Shown piece by piece: positions 16,566 to 29,500 of a DNA stretch of 64,000 nt. The stretch comes from Octopus vulgaris (taxonomy: Eukaryota): positions 1,302,001 through 1,366,000 of the forward strand of contig OX597826.1 of NCBI GenBank assembly GCA_951406725.2, in the 5' to 3' direction. The translations under genes were made by a program, and so were the position numbers. The notes beneath the pieces are model-generated. The model saw only the letters and a program-made list of their open reading frames with translations, made no database searches and was not told the DNA's origin. Position 1 is the stretch's first letter; every line of letters starts with the position of its first letter.

Positions 16566-19500
16566 ATGTATACACACATACATATATATATACATATTGT
16601 TGAAACTAGGAGCAAACGGTTTTTGCTATCACTAAACTAAAGGCAACAAGGAAAATTAAAAGTAAATTTTTAACTCTTTCTGCGGGACCCTGGTTCAATA
16701 GCATCATTTGCAATATGGTAACTTCAACACTGGCAGGATAAAAGAAAAAAAAAAACCTCCTCTGTGATGCCTTTTCCTATGAAGCTCAAAATATATATTT
16801 ATTTTGCTTAATGGTTAACTCAGACCTGATGGTTAGTAAATGCTAACTAACCAGACCAATACATTATTTTATTTCCATAAAGTAGGTAAACCTGTCACAG
16901 CCACGATATGACAGTATAAACATGTAAGACTGAAAGAACACAGCTCCTAAGTTGTGTCAGAACAAGTAATCAACTGTCAGTTGTTTCGCTCTGTATAGTC
17001 AGTCTAATCGCTAAACACATTGGAAACCAATGGTATATTTAACCTTTTAGCATCATTCAGATTATTCTGTCAAATGAAATGCTTATTCATTCATATTGTT
17101 TGGAATTAATCAGGCATTGTCTTGTATTCCATTGACTGCTCATTTCTAGAATGACATTGTCGGGTAGGTGTGAAGGTCTGGATCTGAGTGGTTTAAATAT
17201 AAAACAGGTAGAAAATTTAGGCTGAATATGGTCAGTTTAAATCATAAAGGGTCAACCCAGCATTTAAGCCTATTTCATGTTCAAACTGGTCAAATCTAGC
17301 CTCTCACACCGATACTACAATGTCAATCTGAAAATAAACAACCACATCATCAAAGTTTCAAAGCCAAGACGTAATGCACAATTAATTCAAAACCATGGGG
17401 CTAAACAAGCACCACATTTGAGATTGTTCTATAAACTCGAGACCCTAGTTTGATTCTTAACCATAAATTTATTATAATGTTTTTTGTAGATTTGTTACTC
17501 TTCATTAGAATTTGAAAGTTTTATATAATTCTAGAATCCTGTATTTTATTTGTAAAGAAGGTCTAAGACAGAATGAAAAAGAATGGTAGCTATTTTGAAA
17601 ATAGTTTTAAACAAATGGTCAGTCATTTGAATGTCAATAATTAATTGGGTAGGGATTCTGTAAAAGGTGGATAAATTCAATAAAAGACCTCTAAGTCCTA
17701 ATAAACTTGGAGAGAGAAAAAAAAATCAAACCTATTCTCCATTAAAATATAGATGTCAAGCTTGTCAGTAACAACAATATTAACAACAACAACAAAAGTA
17801 TTGATAAATGAATAAAGAAAACAAAAAAACAACACGCAGATCTTTGTTCTGCCAACCAAAATTGTAGAGGTAAAGTTTGCTGAAAAAAAAAAAAATTCAT
17901 TCATTTACATGCCATAGAAAAACTAAGTTAAGCAAGCAATAAAAAAAAAAGGATCTGAAAAAAAAAAAAAGAAAAACACCCCAAAAGCAGCAAGATGCAG
18001 AGAAATGGAAAAAAAATGTGGGTTTGGAAGGGAATTGAAAATGAAGAGGCAACCAGTTGGGTGGATTGGGGTGGGGGAAAGAGAGATATTTTAGAAGAAC
18101 CATCCGTAGCTAGGCAACAACAGCAAGCATTCAAATTGGCTTCTACAGTTTTTTTAAAAAATCTTGGTTCTTTTTTTTTTGCTTTTTAGTTATAATTTTT
18201 CCCATTTTTTTTGTTTTTCATGATGAACTTACAGTAGTTGTTTCAATCGTCTGTGTTTTTGAACTATGAGCTTGCGAACTGACCAAGACCCCGTCTTCAG
18301 ACATAGGCTGGCCTTCTACACCCTCTCTTTGGTAGGACACTTTCCTCGTCTCTGTCTTTACTATGGGCACATTCTTGGTAGATATTGGCATTTCACTTAA
18401 ATCTGGGGTATATTTGATACTTTCCGTTGCAATTGTGGGGGGCTGTAGGAGACGAAAGAAGACTTATTGGAAAAAGGTACAAGGCAAAAGCGTTAAGCAA
18501 GAGGCAAGGTTATGTTTATTGCAGAAAGGAGTTGAACTTTAGGATGTCAGGCACTGAAAGACTTTCTAGGGTTCCAGGAGAGAAAAACATACCAGATAGA
18601 TTTCAATATTGAATGGACTCGTACTAGGAAATGCTTAGTAGTTACAATGGTTATTGAAGATTTAAACTGCTATCATATGATATGATATGTTTATTCACTC
18701 CGCACTAATGTGATCTGGTGAGATCTTAGTACTTAGCAAATCTATTAGTATTGTATTTTCCATGCCAGCATGGGTTAGGCAAATGGATTGTTGAGGCAAT
18801 GGTTTACAGCCAGATGCCCTCCCTGTTGCTAACCCTTACCTGTGTTTTGCAGGTAAACTATTATTTATTTCACATATCTTTGAAGACATGACACAAATGG
18901 CCTAGTGGTTAGAGCAGCAGACTCGTGGTCGAGGGATCGCAGGTTCGAATCTCAGACCGGACGATATGTGTGTTTATGAGCGAAACACCTAATCTCCACG
19001 TGGCTCCGACAGAAGGTAATGGCGAAACTTCTGCTAACTCTTTCGCCACAACTTTCTCTCACTCTTTCCTCCTGCATCTTGCAGCTGACCGGCATCCCGT
19101 CCATGTGGGGAACCTATACGCCAAGAAACCGGGAAACCGGCCCTTATGAGCCAGGCAAGGCTCGAGAAGGAAGGAACATGACACAAGCAACACTGCTTTC
19201 ACAGGGCAACTTTTGTAGACCCTGAAGGCAAACAAGTATGCACACACATGCATCTGTGTATGCGTATGTATATTCCTACAATTGCAGAGCAAAAGGACTT
19301 CAGAGTCAATAAACATCCCACAAGGAGAGATAAGCATTCATTAACAAGAATAAAAATATCAATATATGCAAATGATATTTTTTTTTTCTTAGAAGGAGAG
19401 GGAAAACAATTCATTCTATCAAAATATCAGGCGTTTAGTAACTTTTCACATGCTGAAGAATGCAGTATCAAAATTAAGTTGGAAGGAAGACTAGAAATTA

Positions 19501-20263
19501 AAAATCTTCATTTAAAAAATATTAAATGACAAAGAAAAAAAAACACTCAAAAAGAAAGGGGAGGGAGGAGAGAGAGTGATTAAAATAGTTGAAATCTAAA
19601 GAAGTAGGTTAGATTGTAACAAATTTCTGAGATATGCTATTATTACTCTATTAATATTATTTAATAGTGTCTCTATATCTACATAATATTTTCTAAAAAT
19701 CAATTTATTCTTATTCATTGGGTTTGTTTGCATGCAAAATTCTTTTTCTTTTTCCAAGAAAGAAACTAACAAACATCAATAAGTAATTAATTCAATCAAT
19801 GTGTATTAAGAATAAAATTAGGTAAAACTGATATGAAAGATTGGTGTAGTGCATGCAAAGTTAGGTCTTGTTTCTAGAAAACAAGAACACAATAACCTCA
19901 AATTCCCATCTTGTCAAAGAAAGATTCCCACTACAAAACACCTTGGTTTTATACAATTTAGTTAAAATTGTAATGTATTATTAATAGAATATGTGAAATA
20001 AAGTGCAAAAGTATTTTAAAAGATAGAGTGATAAATGGAGCAACTCTTTTCTGCAATGTGCAATTAAAGCAGGGGAAAAAAATGTTTGTCTTAAACTTCT
20101 TTTCTTCATATTATTTTTGAGTCTTTCTTTTTTTTCATGTTATATATTAAAAATTTTAAAATTAAATAATGTACACACACACACACGTATATACATGTAT
20201 ATAAATATACACAGACATATACCTATGTACATACTGACAGGTATACATATATATATTATACAA

Positions 20264-20329
<66 letters not shown>

Positions 20330-23300
20330 CACTTGCAACAGCCACATAATGCACCTAGACAATAGGTGTAATGGGAAGGAAAAAAATGCAAATTGAATTG
20401 TTGATCCAGAGAAGGAAAATGTGTACAGTATTAAAAAAAAATGGTAAAGAAACGGGCAGAAAAGCATCCATGAAAGGAGATAAAACATGAAATTAGGAGA
20501 AAGTTACTTTTAAAAATTGGAAGGATTGAAAAGTTTAGGAAAATGCAAGAAAAATATTTCAAAAGGTAAAAAGGAAAAAATGATCACCGCAAACATCACC
20601 ACCACCATAAAAAAGGTAAAAAAAAAATACCACCACCACCACAGAGCTCTAAAATCATCATCATTACCACCACCACCATTAACATTGCTACTACTACTAC
20701 TGCTACCATTACCATTACCATCACCAGCAGCCAATACCAGCTGTACTTACTGGGCTCAGACGACCACCCAGATATGGATGGGTATCAAGCTGGTCCTCAG
20801 GATTGCTTCTGGTGTACTTAGGCGGAACGGGTGGAGGCTTTTTGCGAAGTCCAGTTTGTGGATCCCGGATGCCATTCACTAGGCCAAACTTGCTGCCGAA
20901 ACCAGCTCTAGTTGTCTGCGTTAAGACAAACATGGACATTTCTGGATAGATTTATTTCTGGATAATTTTATTTTCAAGTGCATCATGTGCCAAAGTGTTA
21001 ATAAAAGTTAGTGCCATGTGCAAATTGCTACCGCGAACAAGGTAAAGATGAGGGGAAAAAAAAAGGGAGGGAAAAAAAAAAAAAAGGCCACGGCCATTTT
21101 TAACTCCCTGCATGCAACCATTTGCACAAATTTTGGCACAATACGCCGCAGCCAACATTCAATGATATTCACAACCCACCCCACTTGCAGTCATATGATT
21201 CCATGCTTCAAGTTAAATGGCTTTTGCTTTAAACGCAAAAAAAAAATATTAATAAAACCCAGTTAGTCAAATATTTCTTAGTAGCGGAGGGGGATGTGGG
21301 GACACAAATGAAGCAACTAAAATATTGCGGTGTGTAAACTATGTACACACACACAAAATACGTATAAGTGCAGATATTATTATCAAAAGAAACGAGATCA
21401 ATTAGAAACAAACAAACTTGGAAAATGATTCAAAAATAAAACAAAGCAAGAATAGTCTGAGAAGGAAATTGCCAAAACCCATTCTAATATAATTCTAAGA
21501 CCATGTAAAAAGCACCAAGTTATCAGCTTATGATTTCCATTTGCTTCAACAAGTCACCCTCTGTTACCTAAGCTACACTAACATAGACACTCTCACCACA
21601 AATCTAGGGACTAAGTCATAACAAACATTCAGTATTGAAGCTGTTGAATCCTAAAGAGAATGATAAATTACTTGGATCTTTTCCTTTTGAATGGCAGATG
21701 TCAACACAATTTCTAGGTAACTAAACACTTTTAAAATTCGTATACTGGTAGAATGTGTTTATAAAACATCATTTTCCCTTGGTTTTATTGAGAAAATTCT
21801 ATAGTTTGTAAGATATTTCGTCTGAAAATCCGAGCATTTCAGCAATTTTAACCAATCGATTACCTCCATTCAACTAAAATCATTTGCTGCGTCTAAAACT
21901 GAAACATCCTGTAACTAGCCCTAAACCTCCCCACTAACCCTAAATTTTTTTTTCTTAATTGTTAAATTAATTTAATTCCATTGCTTTAGTTTTTTTTACA
22001 CACGTAACAAATTAACAATTAAGAAAAAAAAAATTTAGGGTTAGGGTTAGGGGGGAGGTTTAGGGTTAGTTACAGGATGTTGTCTCAGTTTTAGACGTAG
22101 CAAATGATTTTAGCTCAAAGGAGAGCATAGGATTGGTTAAAATTCGAAAAATTAAACTACATTAAACAAACAAATTACAATTTTCTTAAGAAAGCCAAGA
22201 GAAAAAAATGTTTTATTTTGACACATTCTACCAGTATACGAAGTTTTAAAGTGTTTAGTTAACTAGAAATTGTCTGCCGTTCAAAAGGAAAAGATCCAAT
22301 TACCTTAATGTAAAATAAGGTCTCTGCATCCAAAACTAAACAAGGCACAGTTGCGTTAAGACCAATCCATTTGACTTTTCTGATGGGAGTATTAAAAAGA
22401 ATCTTTTGATGAAAATGTGACTATCAACTATGGAGAGGGAAGTAAGGATGATTTCTGGAGAATTAAGTAGATGAGAGGCAAATATTTTTCTGCATAGTGG
22501 ATCGGTTGGTGTATTTTTGGTTAACACAGCCAGAAAATCCTTGTATTTCTCTTCTGCTAAGGTTAATACAATTAAATGCTCTGCTTAATCATAACTAAAA
22601 TAGCCATAATAAAACAAATTCACAACCAGTGGAATAGTGGTGCAACATTTTATCCACTTAAGTCACTTCACAATTTTTGCAGTAAAATCATGTTTGATAT
22701 AATATATTGTTTGGAGGATAAATTACTGACAGGCATCAGTTGCATAAAAAAAAGAAAAGAATAATTCCCTGTGGGACGCATCGAAAAGTTAACCGGAGAG
22801 AATTATGCAGTGAAGAATAAACACTATTGGTCGTTTCTACTGCACATCCAGTCCCTTTTCTAATAATAATAATAATTGTGTACAGTGCTCAGGTGCACTA
22901 CAACTCATCTAAAGTGTATATATAATCAGGTGTAGTTTCGGCGGATTTCAGAAAGCATGAGGGCCTTAAAGGATGCAGTGTCATGGCAGTCAACAACTGA
23001 CGCAGGCAGTTTATTCCATGCTTCAGCAACTCTGAGCGTGAAAAAATGTTTCCGAAAGTCATGGGAGCTGTGTTGTTTTCTGACTTTGTAGGCATGTCCA
23101 GATTACCTAAGATCAGCAATTCTTTTTTTAAATGGAGAGAGGAACGTTGACGGATTAAATCCTACATGTAAAGTATCTCCTCAAACTTACCAGCATCATA
23201 CCATTGATTGGTAAAACATAGTAAATCAGACTTGCTTCCTACCAACTGATCAGTTAGTTTTGATAAGCATTTTTTTAGGAATGATGCCAAATAACAATTT

Positions 23301-25959
23301 GAACAAGGTAAGCTGATGAAAATTTATTACATCATCTCAATTTTCCACACGTTTCTTTTCTCATCTTGAGACACATTTCATATAAATAATCTAATTTAAT
23401 ACTGACTTTTATGTCACTGAAATTATTTTAACAATATTCAATCAAAAGAACATTATTGTTTACTCTATAGTCATGGCCTTACTAACCATCATCCTAAAAC
23501 CAACCAACCAACCATGAAGCCCTACCCTCACCCCACCATGTTTTTTTTTTACTGTACTATGCCATCTGTTCAAAATTAACAGATATATATGTTTGCTTCA
23601 TCATCTCAAAGTGGTTCTCCATTGCAGATTCCAACTAAAACAATTTACGAAAACAGGTTCCCTTTAAAATATTATACTTCCCTACTCTTCCCCCAATCCC
23701 TCCAACAAACAATACTACTCTCAACCAACTAGTTGTACTCATCAGTAAAGAAAGACCCAACCACCTCCACCAACCAAAGGCTACACACACTAACCTGGCT
23801 CAAACTAAAATTCATATTCCATTTTAGCTGGTATTTTCTTTAATTTCCCTTATACACTATGTCAACTGCCTTGTAGTGAACAAGAGTGCTGATACTTTAT
23901 GAAGAACTGTAAAACAGTTTTATGATACCAAAGCAAGCCAAAGAATACAAGAAATTTATACAGGCATCTAAGTATCATACTTAATGTATATACACTATTT
24001 ATAGGCCAGTTATTGTGGTATTCCCAAAAAGACAACATTCCTTGTGGGTCATGCTGTGTTAAAAACACTATAATAATCTGGTATATGCAATTCAAGCAAC
24101 ATTAAATTAAAATAGCTATCTAGGTATCATAATGTAGATACATTGTTGACAGGCCAATTACAGCATGTCCATAAGAGATGGTATCTCAAGATGAATACTG
24201 CAGTAACTGGCCTATCAATGGTGTATATCAATTAAGTATGGTACATAGATGACTATTTTAATTTAATATTGCCTCAATAACAAATACTGGAGATATATGT
24301 GTGTCTAGAATTTGGGAACTGAAGATAGTCAGTGATTATAACAGTTGGGGAATTGTGTAAATTAAGAGGGGTGGGCACAATAAAAGTTAATAGTTTATTC
24401 AATGTCTACTACTTACGTTTTTGTATTAGTAAAATGATTTTTAAAAAAAAGTAGAAAGTGGGTGTGTGTTGAGGGAGAAGCCATGGTTAAGGTCTTAGTG
24501 ATTTGGTTTCCATTTCCAGACCGAAACCAAAGCACTTGGGAAAAGGGTGTCTATTTCATAAGTTCCAATCATCTCACAGGTAAACTGGGCTCTTAACAAC
24601 TTATGGAAGAGAAATCACCACTGTTATTATAGTAAGGGTGTTTTTGGAAAGGAATAGCAATGAATGCTACAATTTATATATCTCAAGGAAAAGGGGAAGA
24701 TTTTTCTTGTTTTCCCCACCTTGTCAATAAAAAAGAAATGGCTAATCTGTAATGGAAGAGCCACATCTAAATGGAAGGTGACTTCAGTATAACTCAAAAC
24801 ACACCCGAAAATTAATCTTCAAAATTTAAATTAACAATATTTAATTTTAGCACTATATATGTATTAGCATTATTTTTATATTCTTATATAAATACTATGT
24901 TATTTTAAAACTTATTGTTATACAAATATTGTTATTATATGCATATTGTTATAAAAATATTATAATGGAGTGTTATAAAATATCAGGTGTTAGAAAAAAA
25001 AAAAATAAAAAGTAAATTTTTCTCCCTGATAAAAACAAAAATATAATATTCCGTGCAAAATGAAATAATTTGTTACAATGAATGTATTAGCTTAAAACAA
25101 CATGGTCTGAACAGTGAATTTACAAGAGAAAAAAAAAACAAGAAAAAACAACAACAACAAAAGAAAAACGTTTTTTTAAGGATTTGTATCATTAAAAAAA
25201 TTCTATTAACAAAATATCAAATCTTTCAAACTTAGAAATACAACACAAATAATTTCTGAAATATTTCAAAACAAAATCCATTCTAGCCAAACATCAAATA
25301 TAAGAATTAAGGCATGGATATTCTTTAAGTTTGCTCAAAACAGCAAATGCAGAGAATGTGCCTAGCAATGCAGATTTCACATGCAGGAATAGATATAGCA
25401 CATTATTTGGGAAATGTCACAGGATATGCATTCTGTGCAGAAATATTTTAGTATGACAGCCCCACTTTCATCTTTCTAAAGAGTTCTATATAGTTCCTTG
25501 AATCTAGTTCTGTCCCCTCTATGTTACCTAGCTCATAAACCTGTACCATTACATAAACATTTGGTTTAATCCTTCCTGGGGTTTCCTTCTAAGGACTAGC
25601 CTATAAGAGTTCAGATTGAACCATAAGAGCATCAACGCACCCCAAGTATCTCTAGGCACTAGGGTAGGTTTAGAAAAAAGCAAAAACAAAACTGTCCCCT
25701 AAGTCTCAAGGGGTTCTTAATGAAAGCAAAAAAAAGAAAAAAAAAAAAAGAAAAGAAAACTAAATCAGCCCCTTGGCTCATATCTCAGATTAACATTACC
25801 AAATGATCTGAGAACAAAGTATTCCGTTTAGAAAGCTGAAACATCTGGAGCAGATCTGAATTCATGACCCAAGACCGAGTAATCCAGGACCTTAGATCCA
25901 GTGGGTTATTCAAATTTTAAAGGGCTTAATCATTATACTTCCATCCTTAGACATACTGC

Positions 25960-26004
<45 letters not shown>

Positions 26005-26500
26005 CAGATATATTATCATCATTATTTAACATCTGCTTTCCATGCTGGCATGGGTTAGACGGTTTGACTGGAACCGATAAGTCACAAAACTGCACCAGGT
26101 TCTAGTTCGATTTGGTATTGTTTCTACTATGGCTGGGTACCCTTCCTAATGCCAACCACTCTGAGAGGGTAGCAAGTACTGTTTATGTGCCATCAGCATG
26201 GGTGGCAAAGGCCATGGCTACTATTTCATTTGGCTTGACAAGTCTTCAAAAGCACAACATATCACCAAAGGTTTCGGTCACTTGTCACTGCCTCTGTGAG
26301 GCCTAATATTCGAAGATCATGACACTGGCAACAGCCACGACTACGATTTCACTTGGCTTCTAATATGAAACTAGCTATTCAATCCCAGTTACATGAACCA
26401 TAAAGAGATTTAATTAACGAATGAAAATATATCACAAATCATTGAAAAAATAAAACTGTTTGTTAGATCATAGACTTGATAAGCACTTGAGAAACTTTGC

Positions 26501-26559
<59 letters not shown>

Positions 26560-29500
26560 CTTTTCTGTTATAGGCACAAGGCCTGAAATTTGGGGGGAAG
26601 GGGCTTGATTATATCAACTTTAGAGCTTTACTGAATTTATTTTCTTGACCCAGGAAGGGTGAAAGTTAAAGCTGATTCCAGTGGAATTTAAAAATAGAAC
26701 GTAAAGACGGACAAAATGCTGCCAAGCTTTTTGTCCAGTATGCTAATGATTCAGCCTGTTCACCACCTGAATAATAATAATAATAATAATTCTTTCTAAT
26801 TTTGACACAAGGAAAGCAGTTTTGAGGGTAGGGGGCTAGTGAATTATACTGACTCCGATACTTTATTTTATTATTTTTGAAAGAATGAAAAGTAAAGCTG
26901 GCCTTAGTAGGATTTGAACTCACAACATAAAGGGCCAGCTCACTGTTTTTAATAGTTCAAAATTTTGCTAGAAGACCAGCAATTTCAGTGGGAAGGGTTA
27001 TTTGATAACACTGACCCTAGTACTTGACTGGTACTTGATTTTATCAACCCCCACTAAATGATGAAAGATAAAATTTGCCTTGGTGGTATTTGAACTCAGA
27101 ACGCCAAGTGCTGGAAGAAATAATGCGAGGCATTGTTCTGACACTCTAATGACTTTGCCAATCTATCAACCTAAAGCTAATAATAATTGTTTCTGACATA
27201 GGCACAAGACCTAAAATTTGAAGGGAAGGGGGTTAGCCAATCATATCAACTCCAGGGAGCTGAACAGAGTGTGTTAAGTGACTTAACCCTTTTGATACCA
27301 GCCCGGCTGAAACTGGTTCTGACTCTATAGTACAAATGTCTTATTTTCATAAGTCCTGAATTAAAATCTTCCACCAAACCTTAGTCACAATTTATGTTCC
27401 TAACAACTAGCTTAATGATAACTAAGTTATTTTATTAAATTCTTTTTTATATTTAAAATAATTGAAAGAAACACAGAGCAGCTCAAAATAAATACGGTAG
27501 TGAAAGGGTTAACTGAATACCACAAAATATTTTGTCTTTTGATCAATACTCCCAACCCACCACAAACACCTTTGTCAATAGTACTGATACTATTACTTAT
27601 TGGCTGACAACCCCGTCATATTTTGTGAGGAAGGGGCTAGGCATTTGGATTGAAGCATTCTGAATTAAGCCAAATATTATGGGCAAGTAACAAAGACAAA
27701 ATAAACTGAAGACCAAAACATTTTCAAAAAGAAAATAGATGCAAAGATCATATTTGAGTGTTGAGTGGATAGCAACCTACCTTATCTGGTTGTGAAACTG
27801 GTAAGAAGGACATTTTGTTGTCAATCCAATTCTCTTGTCTCGTAGTGCCTGCTTCACCAACACCGGGTACAACACAAATCCTGCTGCCTTCAGGACCATA
27901 TCCACTAACACCTGGAGCATAGCCACCAGGAATTTGTACACTGGCGCCAGGACCAAAGGTCCTGCCTTCAGAAGCAATTCTGTTGTCAGTTGCATACAGT
28001 CTGCTGTCGGGCCTGTGTATTTTACCGTTTGGACCATAGAATCTACCGTCAGGACCAAAGTATGCACTGTCAGGACTATATAGTTCACCATCGGGACCAT
28101 ACACCCTGCCATCTGGACTGTATACATGTCCGTCTGGGCCATAACCTTTACCATCTGGACCATACAATCCACCGTCGGGGCCATACACTTTGCCCTCTGG
28201 ACCATATATAGAGCCACCAGGGCCATGACCTTTGCCATCAGGGGAATAAAATCTTTCGTCAGGACTATACAAGGTGCCATTGGGACCATACATTTTGCCA
28301 TCAGGACTGTACAGTCGATTATCAGGACCAAATATCTTGCCATCAGGACCGAATAGTCTGCCGTCAGGACCATAAACTTGAGCATCAGGGCTGTATGGCT
28401 TACCATTAGGACCATACACCCTACCATCTGGAGTATAAACACTGTTGTGGGGACCATACCCTTTGCCATCAGGACCATGCAATTTACCGCCAGGGCCATA
28501 CACCTGACCTCCTGGACCATACACTTTGCCGTCGGGACCATAATTTCTTCCACTTGGACAACACACAACACCATCAGGGCCATAACCTTTGCTAGGAGAG
28601 GAATAAAATCTTTTGTCTGGACTGTACAGTTTACCATTGGGTCCCACCATTTTGCCATCAGGAGTGAACTCCCTACCACCAGGACCAAATACTTTGCCAT
28701 CTGGACCATAGAATCTACCATCAGGACCATAGTATCTACTGTCAGGACTGTATAATTCTTTGTCAGGACCATAAACCCTGCCATCTGGACCATAGACATG
28801 TCCTTTGGGACCATATCCCTTGCCGTCAGGGCCATGTGGTTTGCCATCAGGACCATATATTCTACCATCAGGAGCAAATATTTTGCCATCAGGGCCATGA
28901 CCTTTGCCATCAGGAGCATAAAATCGTTTGTCTGGTTCGTACAGTTGTCCATTTGGACCATACAATCTGCCGTCAGGACTGTACGCTTCACCATTCGGAC
29001 CATAGCCTTTGCCATGAGGCTCTGGAAGTCCAAAACCTTTCCCTTCTGGAGCTTTGTATCCTTTTCCTTCTGGAAGCCCACACACTCTGCCATCAGGAGA
29101 GTACAGTCGATTATCAGGGCCACATATCTGGCCATTGGGACCAAATAGTCTGCCATCAGGGCTGAAAACTTGACTATCTTGACTGTATGGCTTACCATTA
29201 GGACCATACACCCTACCATCTGGGGTATAAACACTGTTGTTGGGGCCATAACCTTTGCCATCACGGCCATGCAGTTTACCGTCAGGGCCATACGTCAAGC
29301 CATCTGGGCCATATACCTTGCCGTCAGGACCATAATTTCTACCACTTGGACAACACACGACACCATCGGGACCATACCCTTTGCCGTCAGGGTGATAAAA
29401 TCTTTTGTCTGGACTGTATAGCCTATCATTGGGTCCCACCAGCTTGCCATCAGGTGTGAACAGTCTGCCTCCAGGACCAAATACTTTGCCATCTGGACCA

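Noticed and set aside
18893-18970. tRNA gene
   Set aside because: A and B boxes are present, but there is no complete acceptor stem or oligo-T terminator and the sequence continues into a SINE body.
21918-22068. Telomere fusion site or true interstitial telomere
   Set aside because: Only a few degenerate hexamers, and they are internal parts of a TIR element with a target duplication.
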